Position numbers and translations under genes: made by a program. 64,000 nucleotides of DNA from Leptospirales bacterium (lineage in GTDB: Bacteria; Spirochaetota; Leptospiria; Turneriellales; JAOUFE01), in contig JBEQLE010000001.1 of the NCBI GenBank assembly GCA_040326155.1, positions 1 to 64,000 of the forward strand. The letters run 5' to 3'. Below are positions 18,298 to 28,701 of this stretch, piece by piece (position 1 is the stretch's first letter; the number at the start of each line of letters is the position of its first letter). The notes beneath the pieces are model-generated. The model had not been told where the DNA came from and made no database searches. It worked only from the letters and a program-made list of their open reading frames with translations.

Positions 18298-19806
18298 TTA
18301 TGTTAACTTTCGGGCTAACTCGACTAAAAGCCTGACCCCATACCCAGTCGCTACCGTTGGGTAAACATTGAAACCTTTTTTCATGTAGGCTATGCCCGCA
18401 ATATCGATATGAGCCCATGGTATATTCTCATCGACAAATTCCGATAAAAAGGACGCTGCGCTTGAGGCCCCGCCCCAGCGTTCCCCGATATTATTAAAAT
18501 CAGCAATATTCGATTCCAATTGTGCTTTGTATAAAGGCCCCATTGGCATCGCCCAGATCGGTTCGAGGGAGTCTTTAGAAGCCTGTTTTAACTTCTCACT
18601 TATAATTTCATTTTCGCTGAACAACCCGGCATAAAAACGACCCAGTGCTACTAAACAAGCCCCGGTTAAAGTCGCAAGATTCACCATGTAATCGGGTTTA
18701 TAATTTTTTCCGGTGTAAGCAAGCAAATCGCCTAAAATAAGTCTTCCTTCCGCGTCCGTGTTTTGAACTTCAACGGTTTTGCCATTATAGGCGGTATACA
18801 CATCGCCTGGTTTTATTGCTGTTGAACTTGGCATATTTTCTGCAAGCCCGATCGAAGCAACCACATGTACGTTTAATTTGAGCTGCGATATCGCCGCTAT
18901 AGAATGAAGAACTGCGCTTGCGCCCGACATGTCATATTTCATCTCGTGCATATCGCCACCGGGTTTTAAAGAGATACCGCCCGTATCGAAAGTGACCCCT
19001 TTACCAACCAGCGCCAATTTTTTCAGGTTTTTAATGTTTTTACCTGTCGGTTTATATTCCAGAATAATCATGCGAGGAGGTACCGCCGAGCCTTTGCCCA
19101 CAGCGACTATACCACCCGCTCCCATTTTTTCAAGTTGGTCCTTCTGAAATACCTTGATGGTTAAACCGAACTCTTTGGCCATAGCCCTGGCGCGTTTTTC
19201 TACACCCTCGGGGTTGGCAATATTCGCTGGCAACGATTGCAACTGTCTGTTTGCATTAATATGGCGTGGAATTTTTTCATGAGCTGCAACTTCGCTTTTC
19301 CAGAGAGCGTCGTTGTTTTTATCGTTTATTATTACTTTTTTTAACGTAATTTGCCCGCTTGCAGGCTTACTTTTCAATAAATCAACCGGGTAAGCGCCAT
19401 TGCCAAAAGCAGTTAACGTCAGCCTTGCAATTTTTTCGACACCCATTTTTTCAATAATCGATGCATCAAATGTTACAGCGACTTCTTTAAATGATTTTGC
19501 GGCCGCATTGGCTACGCTTAATATTGCCGCCCCCAGAGTATCGACATTCAAAGTATCGATGGGACCAACCCCCGTATACCAGACCTTTGGCGATTTTACA
19601 GTTTCGGAAGGACCTGCTTTAAAAAACGGAAAATCGGCAACAATGACCTTGTTTTTATCTTTATCGTTTTTACTCGAAGCCCCTGACAAAAATGCAATTG
19701 TTGCTTCACCGCCCGTTGTGTTAACGGCAAACTTTAAAGGGTCTTTCGGGTAATCCAGATAGGAACTTTTAGATGATTTTGATTTTTCAGTATTGTTTTT
19801 AGACAT
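18298..19806 (-). CDS. pepA: Leucyl aminopeptidase (M17)
   Basis: VGKGVTFDTGGISLKP, MKYDMSG, NTDAEGRL, WAHIDIAG. Confidence 0.95.
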   Translation of the reverse strand: MSKNNTEKSKSSKSSYLDYPKDPLKFAVNTTGGEATIAFLSGASSKNDKDKNKVIVADFPFFKAGPSETVKSPKVWYTGVGPIDTLNVDTLGAAILSVANAAAKSFKEVAVTFDASIIEKMGVEKIARLTLTAFGNGAYPVDLLKSKPASGQITLKKVIINDKNNDALWKSEVAAHEKIPRHINANRQLQSLPANIANPEGVEKRARAMAKEFGLTIKVFQKDQLEKMGAGGIVAVGKGSAVPPRMIILEYKPTGKNIKNLKKLALVGKGVTFDTGGISLKPGGDMHEMKYDMSGASAVLHSIAAISQLKLNVHVVASIGLAENMPSSTAIKPGDVYTAYNGKTVEVQNTDAEGRLILGDLLAYTGKNYKPDYMVNLATLTGACLVALGRFYAGLFSENEIISEKLKQASKDSLEPIWAMPMGPLYKAQLESNIADFNNIGERWGGASSAASFLSEFVDENIPWAHIDIAGIAYMKKGFNVYPTVATGYGVRLLVELARKLT

Positions 19807-19975
19807 GGTTCAGACTTACGTTACGTTACAGCCTGCCAACTTTTTTTCTTTAAGAGTGGTTGAGCAGCCCGCTTTGCATCCTTTTTGTGTAAAAGTAAAA
19901 CAGAGACAGTGTTCCCCGTACGGTAGCAATCGCGCTTCTTTCTAGTATTGTCGGTGGTAAATTTTACGAACCGGT

Positions 19976-20794
19976 TTATGAAGGCAATAAATTTTTTATT
20001 TCACTCTTAATGTCTTTAATAATACGGCTCGGGTTTTTAAGATTTTGCTCAATAATTTCATGAATACGCGAACCGATAATAAACCCGTCAGCCACACCGA
20101 TGGCTTCTTTCACATGTTCTTTTTTACGTATGCCAAAACCAATTAATACCGGTGTATGGCTTTTTTGTTTTGTTAAACGAATCAATTTTTTCCAGGGGGC
20201 TATGTGAAAGTCACTTTGACCGGTAACCCCTTTTGTAGAAACAAAATATATAAAACCGCGAGCTTGTTTGCCTACGGCTTCGAGCCTGTCGCCCGTTGTC
20301 GTTGGGGTGACAAAATCTATCCAGGCGACTTTATCGAGAATAGCCGAAAGGTTCTCGTTTTTTACAAGCCTGAGTTTTTCTTCAATAGGAACATCAGGAA
20401 TAACAACTCCGCGAACGTTGAGCTTGTGAAGTTTGTTTAAAATTTTAGAAAATCCGTGACGGTGAAATATATTGGCATATCCCATAACCATAAGGGGAAA
20501 GTCGGGATGTTTTTGTTTGATTTTACCAAGAAAGTTAAAAAACTTTTCAAGTGTAAAACCTTGTTCAATTACTCTTTTAAAAACTTTTTGTAAAATCGGT
20601 CCATCTGCTACGGGGTCTGTAAAAGGTAAACCCAGCTCAATTGTATCTGCTCCTGATTCGATTAGAGCATCCACCAGATTCAGAGAGACCTCCCAATCGG
20701 GGTCGGCGACGGTTAAGTAAGGAACAAAAACATATCCCTTTTTTTCTTTTCGCTCGTTTAAATACTCAGAGAGGCTCAGTTGCAAATTTCCCAT
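19976..20794 (-). CDS. trpA: Tryptophan synthase alpha subunit
   Basis: IELGLPFTDPVADGPILQ, VSTKGVTG, GFGI, ADGFIIGS. Confidence 0.95.
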   Translation of the reverse strand: MGNLQLSLSEYLNERKEKKGYVFVPYLTVADPDWEVSLNLVDALIESGADTIELGLPFTDPVADGPILQKVFKRVIEQGFTLEKFFNFLGKIKQKHPDFPLMVMGYANIFHRHGFSKILNKLHKLNVRGVVIPDVPIEEKLRLVKNENLSAILDKVAWIDFVTPTTTGDRLEAVGKQARGFIYFVSTKGVTGQSDFHIAPWKKLIRLTKQKSHTPVLIGFGIRKKEHVKEAIGVADGFIIGSRIHEIIEQNLKNPSRIIKDIKSEIKNLLPS

Positions 20795-20807
20795 AGGTTA
20801 AATTCGC

Positions 20808-21749
20808 TCAGGGGTTTGCACCGACAACACTCTTTCGTATTTCATGGTACAACGGATCGTATAAAGTCCAGGCAACTTCTTTGTCTGAGAAAAGTTCATC
20901 CAGGGCGTTTCCCACTTCGCGGGTCAGGGAGACGGTCGTTCTGCCCGAATAAAACTGTATGTAAATTACATGTTCCGAACGGTCCCAATAGGTGGAGCCA
21001 AACTCTCCTGTAAGTTCCCATATTTTTCCGAGGCTTTTTGAGGTGAATTTTGAGTAGGCATAATTTTCACTGGTTCGGGTTAAATTTTTAAATGCATGCC
21101 AGGGGGAGTAGATCTGTTTTAACCCTTTAATTTTATACAAACGTTGATTTAAACGCAAGACGTCGTCCAGGCTCCAGGGTTCTTTTTCGGAAACTTCTAT
21201 TTTAATAATTCCAGCTGGAAAATTAAAATTACCCCGAACATAATCGGTAAAACCGGGTTCGTCAAAATAAGCATATTTCAATTTTTTTCTGCGTGCATAT
21301 TCGGCCCACTCTGATTTTTGCTCTGCGGTGGGAAGGAACAGTTGTCCGACTTGTATCATGGCATACCGGTTTTTATTACCCATTAAAAAAGAACGCTCCA
21401 CAGGGTAAGTTTTTACAAAGTAATTGAGGTAAGTTTTACGTGTTTTTTCAGAAGTTATATCTTGAACCGAAACCGGGTAAGTTTTACCACTTGTTACAGC
21501 ATATAAAAATGAAATATTCACAAGAGAGATTACCTGGGCAAATTTTCCCGACCTCAATATATTTCTGGTTGCATAGTGTACAGCGCGCAGGCAGGTTCCC
21601 GAAATCGCAGAACCTTTCACCCCGCAGTCGATAACGAGAAGCGGCTGATATATAACCGGACGATTTAAAAAACTCTGTTGCGGGTACAGGTTTGCGGTAA
21701 TAAAAATAATCACCGAAATCAATATGTATTTTCTTATTTTTAACAACAT
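20808..21749 (-). CDS. Hypothetical exported protein
   Basis: 313-aa ORF with an N-terminal signal-like segment, co-oriented 13 bp upstream of trpA. Confidence 0.65.
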   Translation of the reverse strand: MLLKIRKYILISVIIFITANLYPQQSFLNRPVIYQPLLVIDCGVKGSAISGTCLRAVHYATRNILRSGKFAQVISLVNISFLYAVTSGKTYPVSVQDITSEKTRKTYLNYFVKTYPVERSFLMGNKNRYAMIQVGQLFLPTAEQKSEWAEYARRKKLKYAYFDEPGFTDYVRGNFNFPAGIIKIEVSEKEPWSLDDVLRLNQRLYKIKGLKQIYSPWHAFKNLTRTSENYAYSKFTSKSLGKIWELTGEFGSTYWDRSEHVIYIQFYSGRTTVSLTREVGNALDELFSDKEVAWTLYDPLYHEIRKSVVGANP

Positions 21750-22006
21750 TTGAACTGCACAGAATTAAACATGGCCATCCTGTGTAGTTCAAAAGCTTTA
21801 CAAAAGTTGTCCGGTAAACAAAAATTTATATTCATATATCGATTTTATCTTCATAAAAAACAAAAGAGGTTACAAGGAATACAGGAAAAGAATACGAGTT
21901 TTCTTCATCTATTCCTGACTTCCTTATCTCCAAACTTCCTGACTTCCTTATATTATATCCACCCCAATAATCGCTTGACAAAGTACGCTAATGAATTTTC
22001 TAAAAT

Positions 22007-22948
22007 ATGCTTCGTCATATAAAACTATTTTCTATTCTCGGCGTGGTGTCTTTTTTGATCGGTTTTTCTGGATTGGTTTTTAGTCCGCTTTTGGGCCAGG
22101 ATACTAACACCTCTCACAGTCAAGGCAGGGTATTTTCATGGCCGGTCAATACGCATCTAAAACTGAGAATTAGTTCCACTTTTGGTGAATCGAGACTGGA
22201 TCATTTTCATAACGGTCTCGATATTGCGGGAAAAAACCTGAAGGTGTACCCAATGGTAGACGGAGTAGCTCTATGGAAAACCGAAGCAATTCACAAACCC
22301 GGTGAAATTCCATTTGGTGGTGGTAAAACCATTATAGTCGACAGCGGGGAACACTGGACGGGTTTTATGCATTTGGACTCTATTACACCTATACCGCAGG
22401 ATGCAAATATAAAACGAGAAAATGCACTCGGACGTTCTGGAGATACGGGACACTCGGGTGGCGCTCACCTCCACTTTTTTATCTATGAAAAGAAAACCCG
22501 AAAAATATTCAACCCTCTGCTTTTACTTGAGAGTAACTCACTGTACAAAAACTCCACTGCGCCTCGGGTAACCGCATATGGCATAAAACTACCCGACCGA
22601 TTTACCCAACTCAATATTAAAAGAAGCTTTCGCATGAGCCAGGACTACCCCATTTACGCAAAACTTGTCGATTCGGCTACAGGCAGAGAACGCTGGGGGG
22701 TCTATAAAATTGACGTTTACAAAAATGAAAATATGGATAAACCAATTAGGAGCATCGTCTTCGATTATATTCAGTATCGCAACGGACAATGGCAGACCTC
22801 CGGCGGACTACCTTTTAACGAAGTCTATTTTGAAAACTGGTATCGTTTCGGAACCGGTTTTAAGAAATCTGGAAAACTCATCTGGGTAGCTTCCGGATAC
22901 CAGGGGCCGTTCAAAAAAGAGATCATCCAACTCGATATTACCGACTAA
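22007..22948 (+). CDS. M23 family metallopeptidase
   Basis: SSTFGESRLDHFHNGLDI (HxxxD) and SGDTGHSGGAHLHF (HxH); signal peptide. Confidence 0.9.
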   Translation: MLRHIKLFSILGVVSFLIGFSGLVFSPLLGQDTNTSHSQGRVFSWPVNTHLKLRISSTFGESRLDHFHNGLDIAGKNLKVYPMVDGVALWKTEAIHKPGEIPFGGGKTIIVDSGEHWTGFMHLDSITPIPQDANIKRENALGRSGDTGHSGGAHLHFFIYEKKTRKIFNPLLLLESNSLYKNSTAPRVTAYGIKLPDRFTQLNIKRSFRMSQDYPIYAKLVDSATGRERWGVYKIDVYKNENMDKPIRSIVFDYIQYRNGQWQTSGGLPFNEVYFENWYRFGTGFKKSGKLIWVASGYQGPFKKEIIQLDITD

Positions 22949-24248
22949 GTGGTGTTACAATATTCACACGAAATTCATAATAGAGATCGCTGCGACGTTT
23001 AGGACGAAAAGGTTGTAAATATACCCCGACCAACTGAATGTTTTCGGTAGCCAAAAACAGTTCAACGCCCTTTTTTTTCCCAGAAAAATAAAAAGACATA
23101 TCTTCTCGTAAATTATCATTATACAATGAAACTGGGAAAAATGCGGGGTCGAGAGGATAAGAACGCCCTCTTGAAGAGTGCATATGCACATAAGATATAC
23201 GGGCTTTTTTTGCAATACCGGCGCCAATTGAATACATATAATCGGAATGCTCTGGATTTCGATAATAAGAAAAAGCAGGGAGAAAATACTCTTTTTCAAA
23301 ATAGTGGTAGATGCCTATATAATTTTCATTGCTTTCGGAGCTGTAAAAAAGAGCGCCAAAACCATTGTGTTCGTAAGAGCCTTTTGAAAACAGATCTGCA
23401 TCTACATAACCCCCCTTCCAGCTAAACTCTTTGCCGCTTAAAATAAATTGTGAAATTTGTTTCTCGTACAATTCAGAAGCAAATGGATTCTTATATCGAG
23501 GCCGAGAATCAAAGAATGCAATTTTGAAGTCTGCTTTTCTAAATTCGACTTGAAATATTTCGCCAAGAAGCGGTGAATAAGAAAAGTCAATTTGAAATAA
23601 AAGTCCAGCATTAAAATGATATGTAAGGCTTGCAAAAAGCAGAAACCCATAATCCGTTTTATTTTTTCGCCTCACTTTCTGAAAAAGGGAAAACAACGTA
23701 CCTGAAATTTGTGTACGAAACCGTTTTAAAGAGTATCGCAAATTCAACCGTGTTGTTGTAAGTTCATACTTTTCGTTTTGGTTTACCTCCATGTTGACCG
23801 ACCTGTTACGAACATAACGGTCCATGGTAAGATCGAAATATTTTCCCGCTTTCTCCGGTTGAAAACGCGCCCTAAACCCAAATGGTTGTTTATAAGGAAG
23901 TGACTCGTAATATGGAAAATACCCCCCATTGGATAACAAAAAACCATTATACGGCGTTTTGCTTAAATAACCCGCGCGAAAGAAAAATGGCTGCGGTGAC
24001 ATTGTAATATTCCCATAAGGAGAAAATCGTTTGTAAGTAATTATTCCCGCTTCTGAATTTTCACTGCGATACCCCGTAAAATAAAAAGCATTTTCAGTAT
24101 TCGACGGGTCACTCAACCGTGTCTGAAAAAACAGGTCATTTTTCTCGGGCTTCTGCGGTTTTTGTTGTTTCTGTTGCGCAATTAACACAGAGCTAAAAAA
24201 AACAGCAAACAAAATCAGGCAACATCTACAGCCAGGGCGATTTTGCAT
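22938..24248 (-). CDS. Hypothetical exported/outer-membrane protein
   Basis: Long aromatic-rich ORF with a signal peptide from ATG 24248 (ORF track start 24317). Confidence 0.65.
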   Translation of the reverse strand: MQNRPGCRCCLILFAVFFSSVLIAQQKQQKPQKPEKNDLFFQTRLSDPSNTENAFYFTGYRSENSEAGIITYKRFSPYGNITMSPQPFFFRAGYLSKTPYNGFLLSNGGYFPYYESLPYKQPFGFRARFQPEKAGKYFDLTMDRYVRNRSVNMEVNQNEKYELTTTRLNLRYSLKRFRTQISGTLFSLFQKVRRKNKTDYGFLLFASLTYHFNAGLLFQIDFSYSPLLGEIFQVEFRKADFKIAFFDSRPRYKNPFASELYEKQISQFILSGKEFSWKGGYVDADLFSKGSYEHNGFGALFYSSESNENYIGIYHYFEKEYFLPAFSYYRNPEHSDYMYSIGAGIAKKARISYVHMHSSRGRSYPLDPAFFPVSLYNDNLREDMSFYFSGKKKGVELFLATENIQLVGVYLQPFRPKRRSDLYYEFRVNIVTPLSR

Positions 24249-24256
24249 TTGAAACC

Positions 24257-25219
24257 TCACCAACATTTCCACCCGTGTTTCAATAAAATATTCTTTGTCT
24301 TTTGGGACGATGAACAATACTCTTTTGTTTTTACTATTTTCAAAGCTTCAGAAGGCGATACACCCCAGCGAACGAGTGTTTTAAAATCGGGTACTTTTTT
24401 AGGTTTTCTCTTTCGGGTCTCTTTACTTGAGGTCGATTTGTCAGACTCTTCTCTGTTGTCAGACTCTTCTCTGTTGTCGGGCCCTCTTAAGACGCTCGGC
24501 CCTGCCCCGGTAGCCCACCTGAGTTTTAGGTTCAACTGAACAGATTGATATTGCTCAAAATTATACGTATACATAGATATTGTCAGAATGGTTTTTTTAA
24601 AAGGTAAAATTAACAGGCGACTTTCCAGCGTCCGGTTTTTATAATCGTATGAAAATAGCAGTCCAACTCGCGCCAGATAGACGCCCCATTGAAACGTCAG
24701 AGTTTTGTTTTCAACGTTTTTAAAGCCACCTGCTCCAAATTCCATCGGTAAAAACAGTTTCTCGAATAAAGAAGCAGACCAGACATAATCGCCAAAACCA
24801 TTTGCTCGCAGAGAAAACATAGCATTGCTGGTTTGAAAAGACCCAGCAGCAACCCACGTTGTATTTTGACTATTTTTTTGGTTATTTCTTTTGTTATAAT
24901 ATGCCCCGGCATACAACGTAAAAATCTCGCTGAAACGAAACCCCCCAAGAAGATACGCATGTTGTTTTTCCGAATTTGTATATCTCAAATCAGCATAAAG
25001 AGCAAACCGGGACCACAGTTTTTTTTCCATCACAGGACTATTCAAAAAACAGGAAAACAAATACACAGGTGCTGCCGGTAAAGTCCCGTTGTTTTGAGTG
25101 TTGTAACCTATTGAAATATTCGGGACAAAATCGGTTTCAAAGGAGGTAACCGGAGCCAAAACCGAAACAGCCAACCAGAGACACAGAACCTGTAATAATA
25201 GAAATTTTCGATATCGCAT
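24257..25219 (-). CDS. Hypothetical exported protein (beta-rich N-terminus, small helical C-terminal domain)
   Basis: 320 aa with signal peptide; linker carries an 18-bp duplication (DNREES x2). Confidence 0.65.
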   Translation of the reverse strand: MRYRKFLLLQVLCLWLAVSVLAPVTSFETDFVPNISIGYNTQNNGTLPAAPVYLFSCFLNSPVMEKKLWSRFALYADLRYTNSEKQHAYLLGGFRFSEIFTLYAGAYYNKRNNQKNSQNTTWVAAGSFQTSNAMFSLRANGFGDYVWSASLFEKLFLPMEFGAGGFKNVENKTLTFQWGVYLARVGLLFSYDYKNRTLESRLLILPFKKTILTISMYTYNFEQYQSVQLNLKLRWATGAGPSVLRGPDNREESDNREESDKSTSSKETRKRKPKKVPDFKTLVRWGVSPSEALKIVKTKEYCSSSQKTKNILLKHGWKCW

Positions 25220-25489
25220 ATCTAATAAGGTAATAGGCAGTTTCTCTGTTTTTTTTCACTAAAAGCGATATTTATTGGTTTTTATCTAAATTTTGGAATT
25301 CAGTATTGATTATGCGGGGAAAAAATGTAAATTCCCCACCACCAGAAAGTGAAAAGTCAGACATAGGTTAAAAATAGATTAATTGCAATGTCGAAATTGA
25401 GACTTTTCTTGCTTGACATATCTGTGGAAAAAATTAGGATGGTTATAAAATATCAATAAAATGAAATATAAATAAAAGAGAGGAACAAA

Positions 25490-25858
25490 ATGGAAGCGAT
25501 AAAAGAGTATAAAAATGATGCAGGTTTACTGAAACTTAAAGTTAAAGAGGAAGAAGGTAATATTGTCGTAGATTGGGAAGGAGAAAGTACCGATGACAAC
25601 CCGGCTAAATATCTTGAGCCGGTTTTTAATGAAATATTTGCAGATGTCTCCCGCAACTACATTGTGAACATAGGTAAACTGAAATATATGAATTCAGGAA
25701 CAATGACTCCATTAATTACTTTGTTAAAAAGAATGACACAAGGTACAGGCAGCTTTATAATAAAATACGATGCCAAGATTAAATGGCAGGAACTGAGTTT
25801 TGACGCTCTAATTTTATTCCAAACCGAAGATGAAAGAATAAATATAATCGGAGAATAA
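25490..25858 (+). CDS. SiaC/DUF1987-like (STAS-fold) regulatory protein
   Basis: 122 aa; WEGESTDDNPAKYLEP and LKYMNSGT resemble the SiaC GxSxPEN and YxNTSS motifs; GAGAGG RBS. Confidence 0.6.
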   Translation: MEAIKEYKNDAGLLKLKVKEEEGNIVVDWEGESTDDNPAKYLEPVFNEIFADVSRNYIVNIGKLKYMNSGTMTPLITLLKRMTQGTGSFIIKYDAKIKWQELSFDALILFQTEDERINIIGE

Positions 25859-26002
25859 AGAGTCAAAACTGCATACAATTTTAACTCTTGAAAAAGCACG
25901 CATAAGACCGCCAACAGCATAAATTTTATAAAATAATTATATTTGATATTTTGACGTTATATGCTTGACATTTTAAAGATCAATTCCCACCACACATATG
26001 TC

Positions 26003-26971
26003 ATGAAAAATGTAACTACAATTGTCTCTTTTGCAGGACTGCTTACGGTTTCCTGTTTTAATAACGCAGGAAGTAACAACCTTCAAAATGCAATCCAGGA
26101 AAACATAGTGCAATCACCGGTACTATACCTGGTTAACTACAACACCGCCGGTGTAGACGGAACGTGGTTAACATCGGATGATGTCATTTCGAGCTATGGA
26201 GAATATATATATGACACAAACGGAAATATCGAATACATTATGTTTCACAACACTCCGGGAGCTGACGGAATCTGGATGTCGACGGACGATGTCGCAACTT
26301 TTTGCCAAGAATTTACGTATGATATAAACGGGAATTTAACCAGATGGACATCGTACAATAATAACGGTGCTGACTGGGAGTGGCACACAGCCGACGATCG
26401 AGTGAGTACGTACAGAGAATATTCGTACGCAGCGAACGGAGATCTACAATACGAAGTGTTTTACCCAACTGCAGGAACAGACGCAATCTGGTTCACGGCT
26501 GATGATCCATTTAACGGATACGAGAAGTCTATATTCGATGGAAATGGAAATTTGATACAATTTATTACATATGTGGGAGCGGGAGCCGATGCAACGTGGT
26601 ATACGGCTGACGATGTAGTGAACATATATTACAACCAGATTTTCAACGCAAACAATAAAGTGGTCTACCAAAACCGAATGACCGGCCCTGGCGCAGACAC
26701 AGTCTGGCTCAATGGCGACGACGTGATGCAATTTTACTCTGAGTCTCAATATAATGCAAATGACAAAAAGAAATACTATACAATCTATACAGCGAGCGGC
26801 CCTGATGCAACATGGTTTACGGCCGACGATACATTCAGCACTACTCACGGCTATACGTATGACACAAACGGGGACCTTTTGTATAAATCGACCTATTCCA
26901 ACGCCGGTGTGGACGGAACGTGGTATACCTCCGACGACACAGTCGCCTCCCTCGTCGAGTATTTGTATTAA
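26003..26971 (+). CDS. Repeat lipoprotein with eight GxDxxWxTxDD loops on YD-like hairpins
   Basis: Lipobox TVSC; eight ~37-aa repeats (e.g. AGVDGTWLTSDD, AGADATWYTADD) alternating with YDxNG turns. Confidence 0.8.
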   Translation: MKNVTTIVSFAGLLTVSCFNNAGSNNLQNAIQENIVQSPVLYLVNYNTAGVDGTWLTSDDVISSYGEYIYDTNGNIEYIMFHNTPGADGIWMSTDDVATFCQEFTYDINGNLTRWTSYNNNGADWEWHTADDRVSTYREYSYAANGDLQYEVFYPTAGTDAIWFTADDPFNGYEKSIFDGNGNLIQFITYVGAGADATWYTADDVVNIYYNQIFNANNKVVYQNRMTGPGADTVWLNGDDVMQFYSESQYNANDKKKYYTIYTASGPDATWFTADDTFSTTHGYTYDTNGDLLYKSTYSNAGVDGTWYTSDDTVASLVEYLY

Positions 26972-27298
26972 AAAATGTATGCCATAGTGTAATAACGCCA
27001 TTCGTTTTTCGGCACCGCAAACGATCTTGAACAAGCAATCACATAGTATGGTTTTTCACAACCAGTGTTAACGAAATAGGAATATTTCTTGTGGAATTTC
27101 CCAAGTGGCACGGTAATTGCAGATGGGGAAATTCTCACCTACCATCTGCTCACTAAAAGTCAATCTGACAAAAATATTGTGAGGGGTGGCGGCGGCTCTT
27201 TCGGTTGGTAGTTTTCAGTTGGTGTCGCATATATGCGACACCAATAAATAGACTCAGCCAAAGCCAGGGGAGAGCCTTCTCCCCTTTAAAATCTTATA

Positions 27299-28540
27299 TT
27301 ATTTCGCCAACGCTTTTATCCGCTCCAGAACCGGCGGATGAGAATAGTTTAAAAAAGTATAGAACGGGTGCGGGGTCAAATTCGACAGGTTATCGACGGA
27401 AAGCTTTTTGAGGGCTTCGATCAGGTCGGTTCCTTTACCGGTGGTTTCGCTTGCGAAGTGGTCAGCTTCGAATTCGTGTTTTCGACTAAGGACATTCATG
27501 AGAGGACCAAGAATCATTTCAATGGGTGAAAACAGCATAGTGAAAAAAATCATCCCGGCGTAAATGGAAAGATCTTGCATGGCAAAAGCGGCAAACAAAC
27601 CCTTGTTTTGAATTACCAGCGAGAACAGAAAAAACAAAATTCCGGTGTGAATAAAACTGATGATCATCCCTTTTAGAATATGCTTTTTTTTGTAGTGACC
27701 AATTTCGTGAGCCAAAACAGTTAAAAGCTCACTCGGAGTCTGTTTTTCTACCAGTGTATCGAAAAGGGCAATTCTTTTATTTTTGCCAAAACCCGTAAAA
27801 AAGGCGTTTGACTTGCTGGATCGCTTTGAGCCATCCATGATGCTGACATCGTTTAATGGAAAATCGACCGACTTTGCATAATCTAAAATTGAACTTTTCA
27901 GTTCACCATCTTCAAGGGGGGTGAATTTATTAAATAGCGGCATTATCCAGACGGGGGCTACATATTGCATAATAACGGTAAAACTAAGAACGGCGCCCCA
28001 AACATAGGCCCAGGCAAATGGCCCGGCATTCATGAAAAACCACAACACGAGATACATTAAAGGACCACCGATAAGCGCTCCGAGAACAATACCTTTCATG
28101 CGATCCATGACAAATGTGGCCGGCGTGGTTCTGTTGAAACCGAACTTTTCTTCGAGCACGAAAGTTCCATACAGGCTAAAAGGAAGCGATAGAACGGAAC
28201 GCCCTGCAATCAGGGCGGCAAAGAATATTATTCCGGTTATTTCAGGTGAATAGCCAAAAGAGCGCGCAATGGAATCTAACCAGGGAAAACCGCCAAGAAA
28301 CCAAAAGAGCAGCAGAATAACCAGATCGAAAACACCCGAAACCATACCAAACGAGGTATTCGCCCGCGTGTAATTTTGCGATTTAGCATACTTTTCGGCG
28401 TCGTAAACCCCGTCAAATTCACCCGGAAGCTCGCCCGATAGCGACTTAATATTCAAATAGTTCGATATAATATCTACAAAAAGTTGTACTACCAGAGCCG
28501 ATAAAATAATCCATGCATATAAATTCAGTTCAACCGTCAT
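27299..28540 (-). CDS. M48 family (Ste24-like) zinc metalloprotease
   Basis: Multiple TM helices; MDGSKRSSKSNAFFTG, LAHEIGH, EFEAD, YSHPP. Confidence 0.95.
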   Translation of the reverse strand: MTVELNLYAWIILSALVVQLFVDIISNYLNIKSLSGELPGEFDGVYDAEKYAKSQNYTRANTSFGMVSGVFDLVILLLFWFLGGFPWLDSIARSFGYSPEITGIIFFAALIAGRSVLSLPFSLYGTFVLEEKFGFNRTTPATFVMDRMKGIVLGALIGGPLMYLVLWFFMNAGPFAWAYVWGAVLSFTVIMQYVAPVWIMPLFNKFTPLEDGELKSSILDYAKSVDFPLNDVSIMDGSKRSSKSNAFFTGFGKNKRIALFDTLVEKQTPSELLTVLAHEIGHYKKKHILKGMIISFIHTGILFFLFSLVIQNKGLFAAFAMQDLSIYAGMIFFTMLFSPIEMILGPLMNVLSRKHEFEADHFASETTGKGTDLIEALKKLSVDNLSNLTPHPFYTFLNYSHPPVLERIKALAK

Positions 28541-28583
28541 AAACTCTAAAGTCCATTTCGCCGCTTCGTGTAAAGAAGTATTT

Positions 28584-28697
28584 ACTTGAGGTCACAAATT
28601 GTGACCTCAAGTTGCGGCGGCCGAAAATATTTACTGTATTCATTTACCAAACAGGGAATAGCAATACTTTCTAGTGTAGTAAATAATCCACGAGCAA
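28584..28697 (+). pseudogene. 114-bp partial duplicate of the ORF6N coding region, starting at the palindrome
   Basis: 13 mismatches in 114 bp against 29011-29124 (hand alignment), no gaps. Confidence 0.8.
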
Positions 28698-28701
28698 AAA
28701 G

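Noticed and set aside
21860..21951. ttcctgacttccttat x2 and an atacaggaaaagaa word shared with ~29335
   Set aside because: Short and low-complexity; not enough to define an element.
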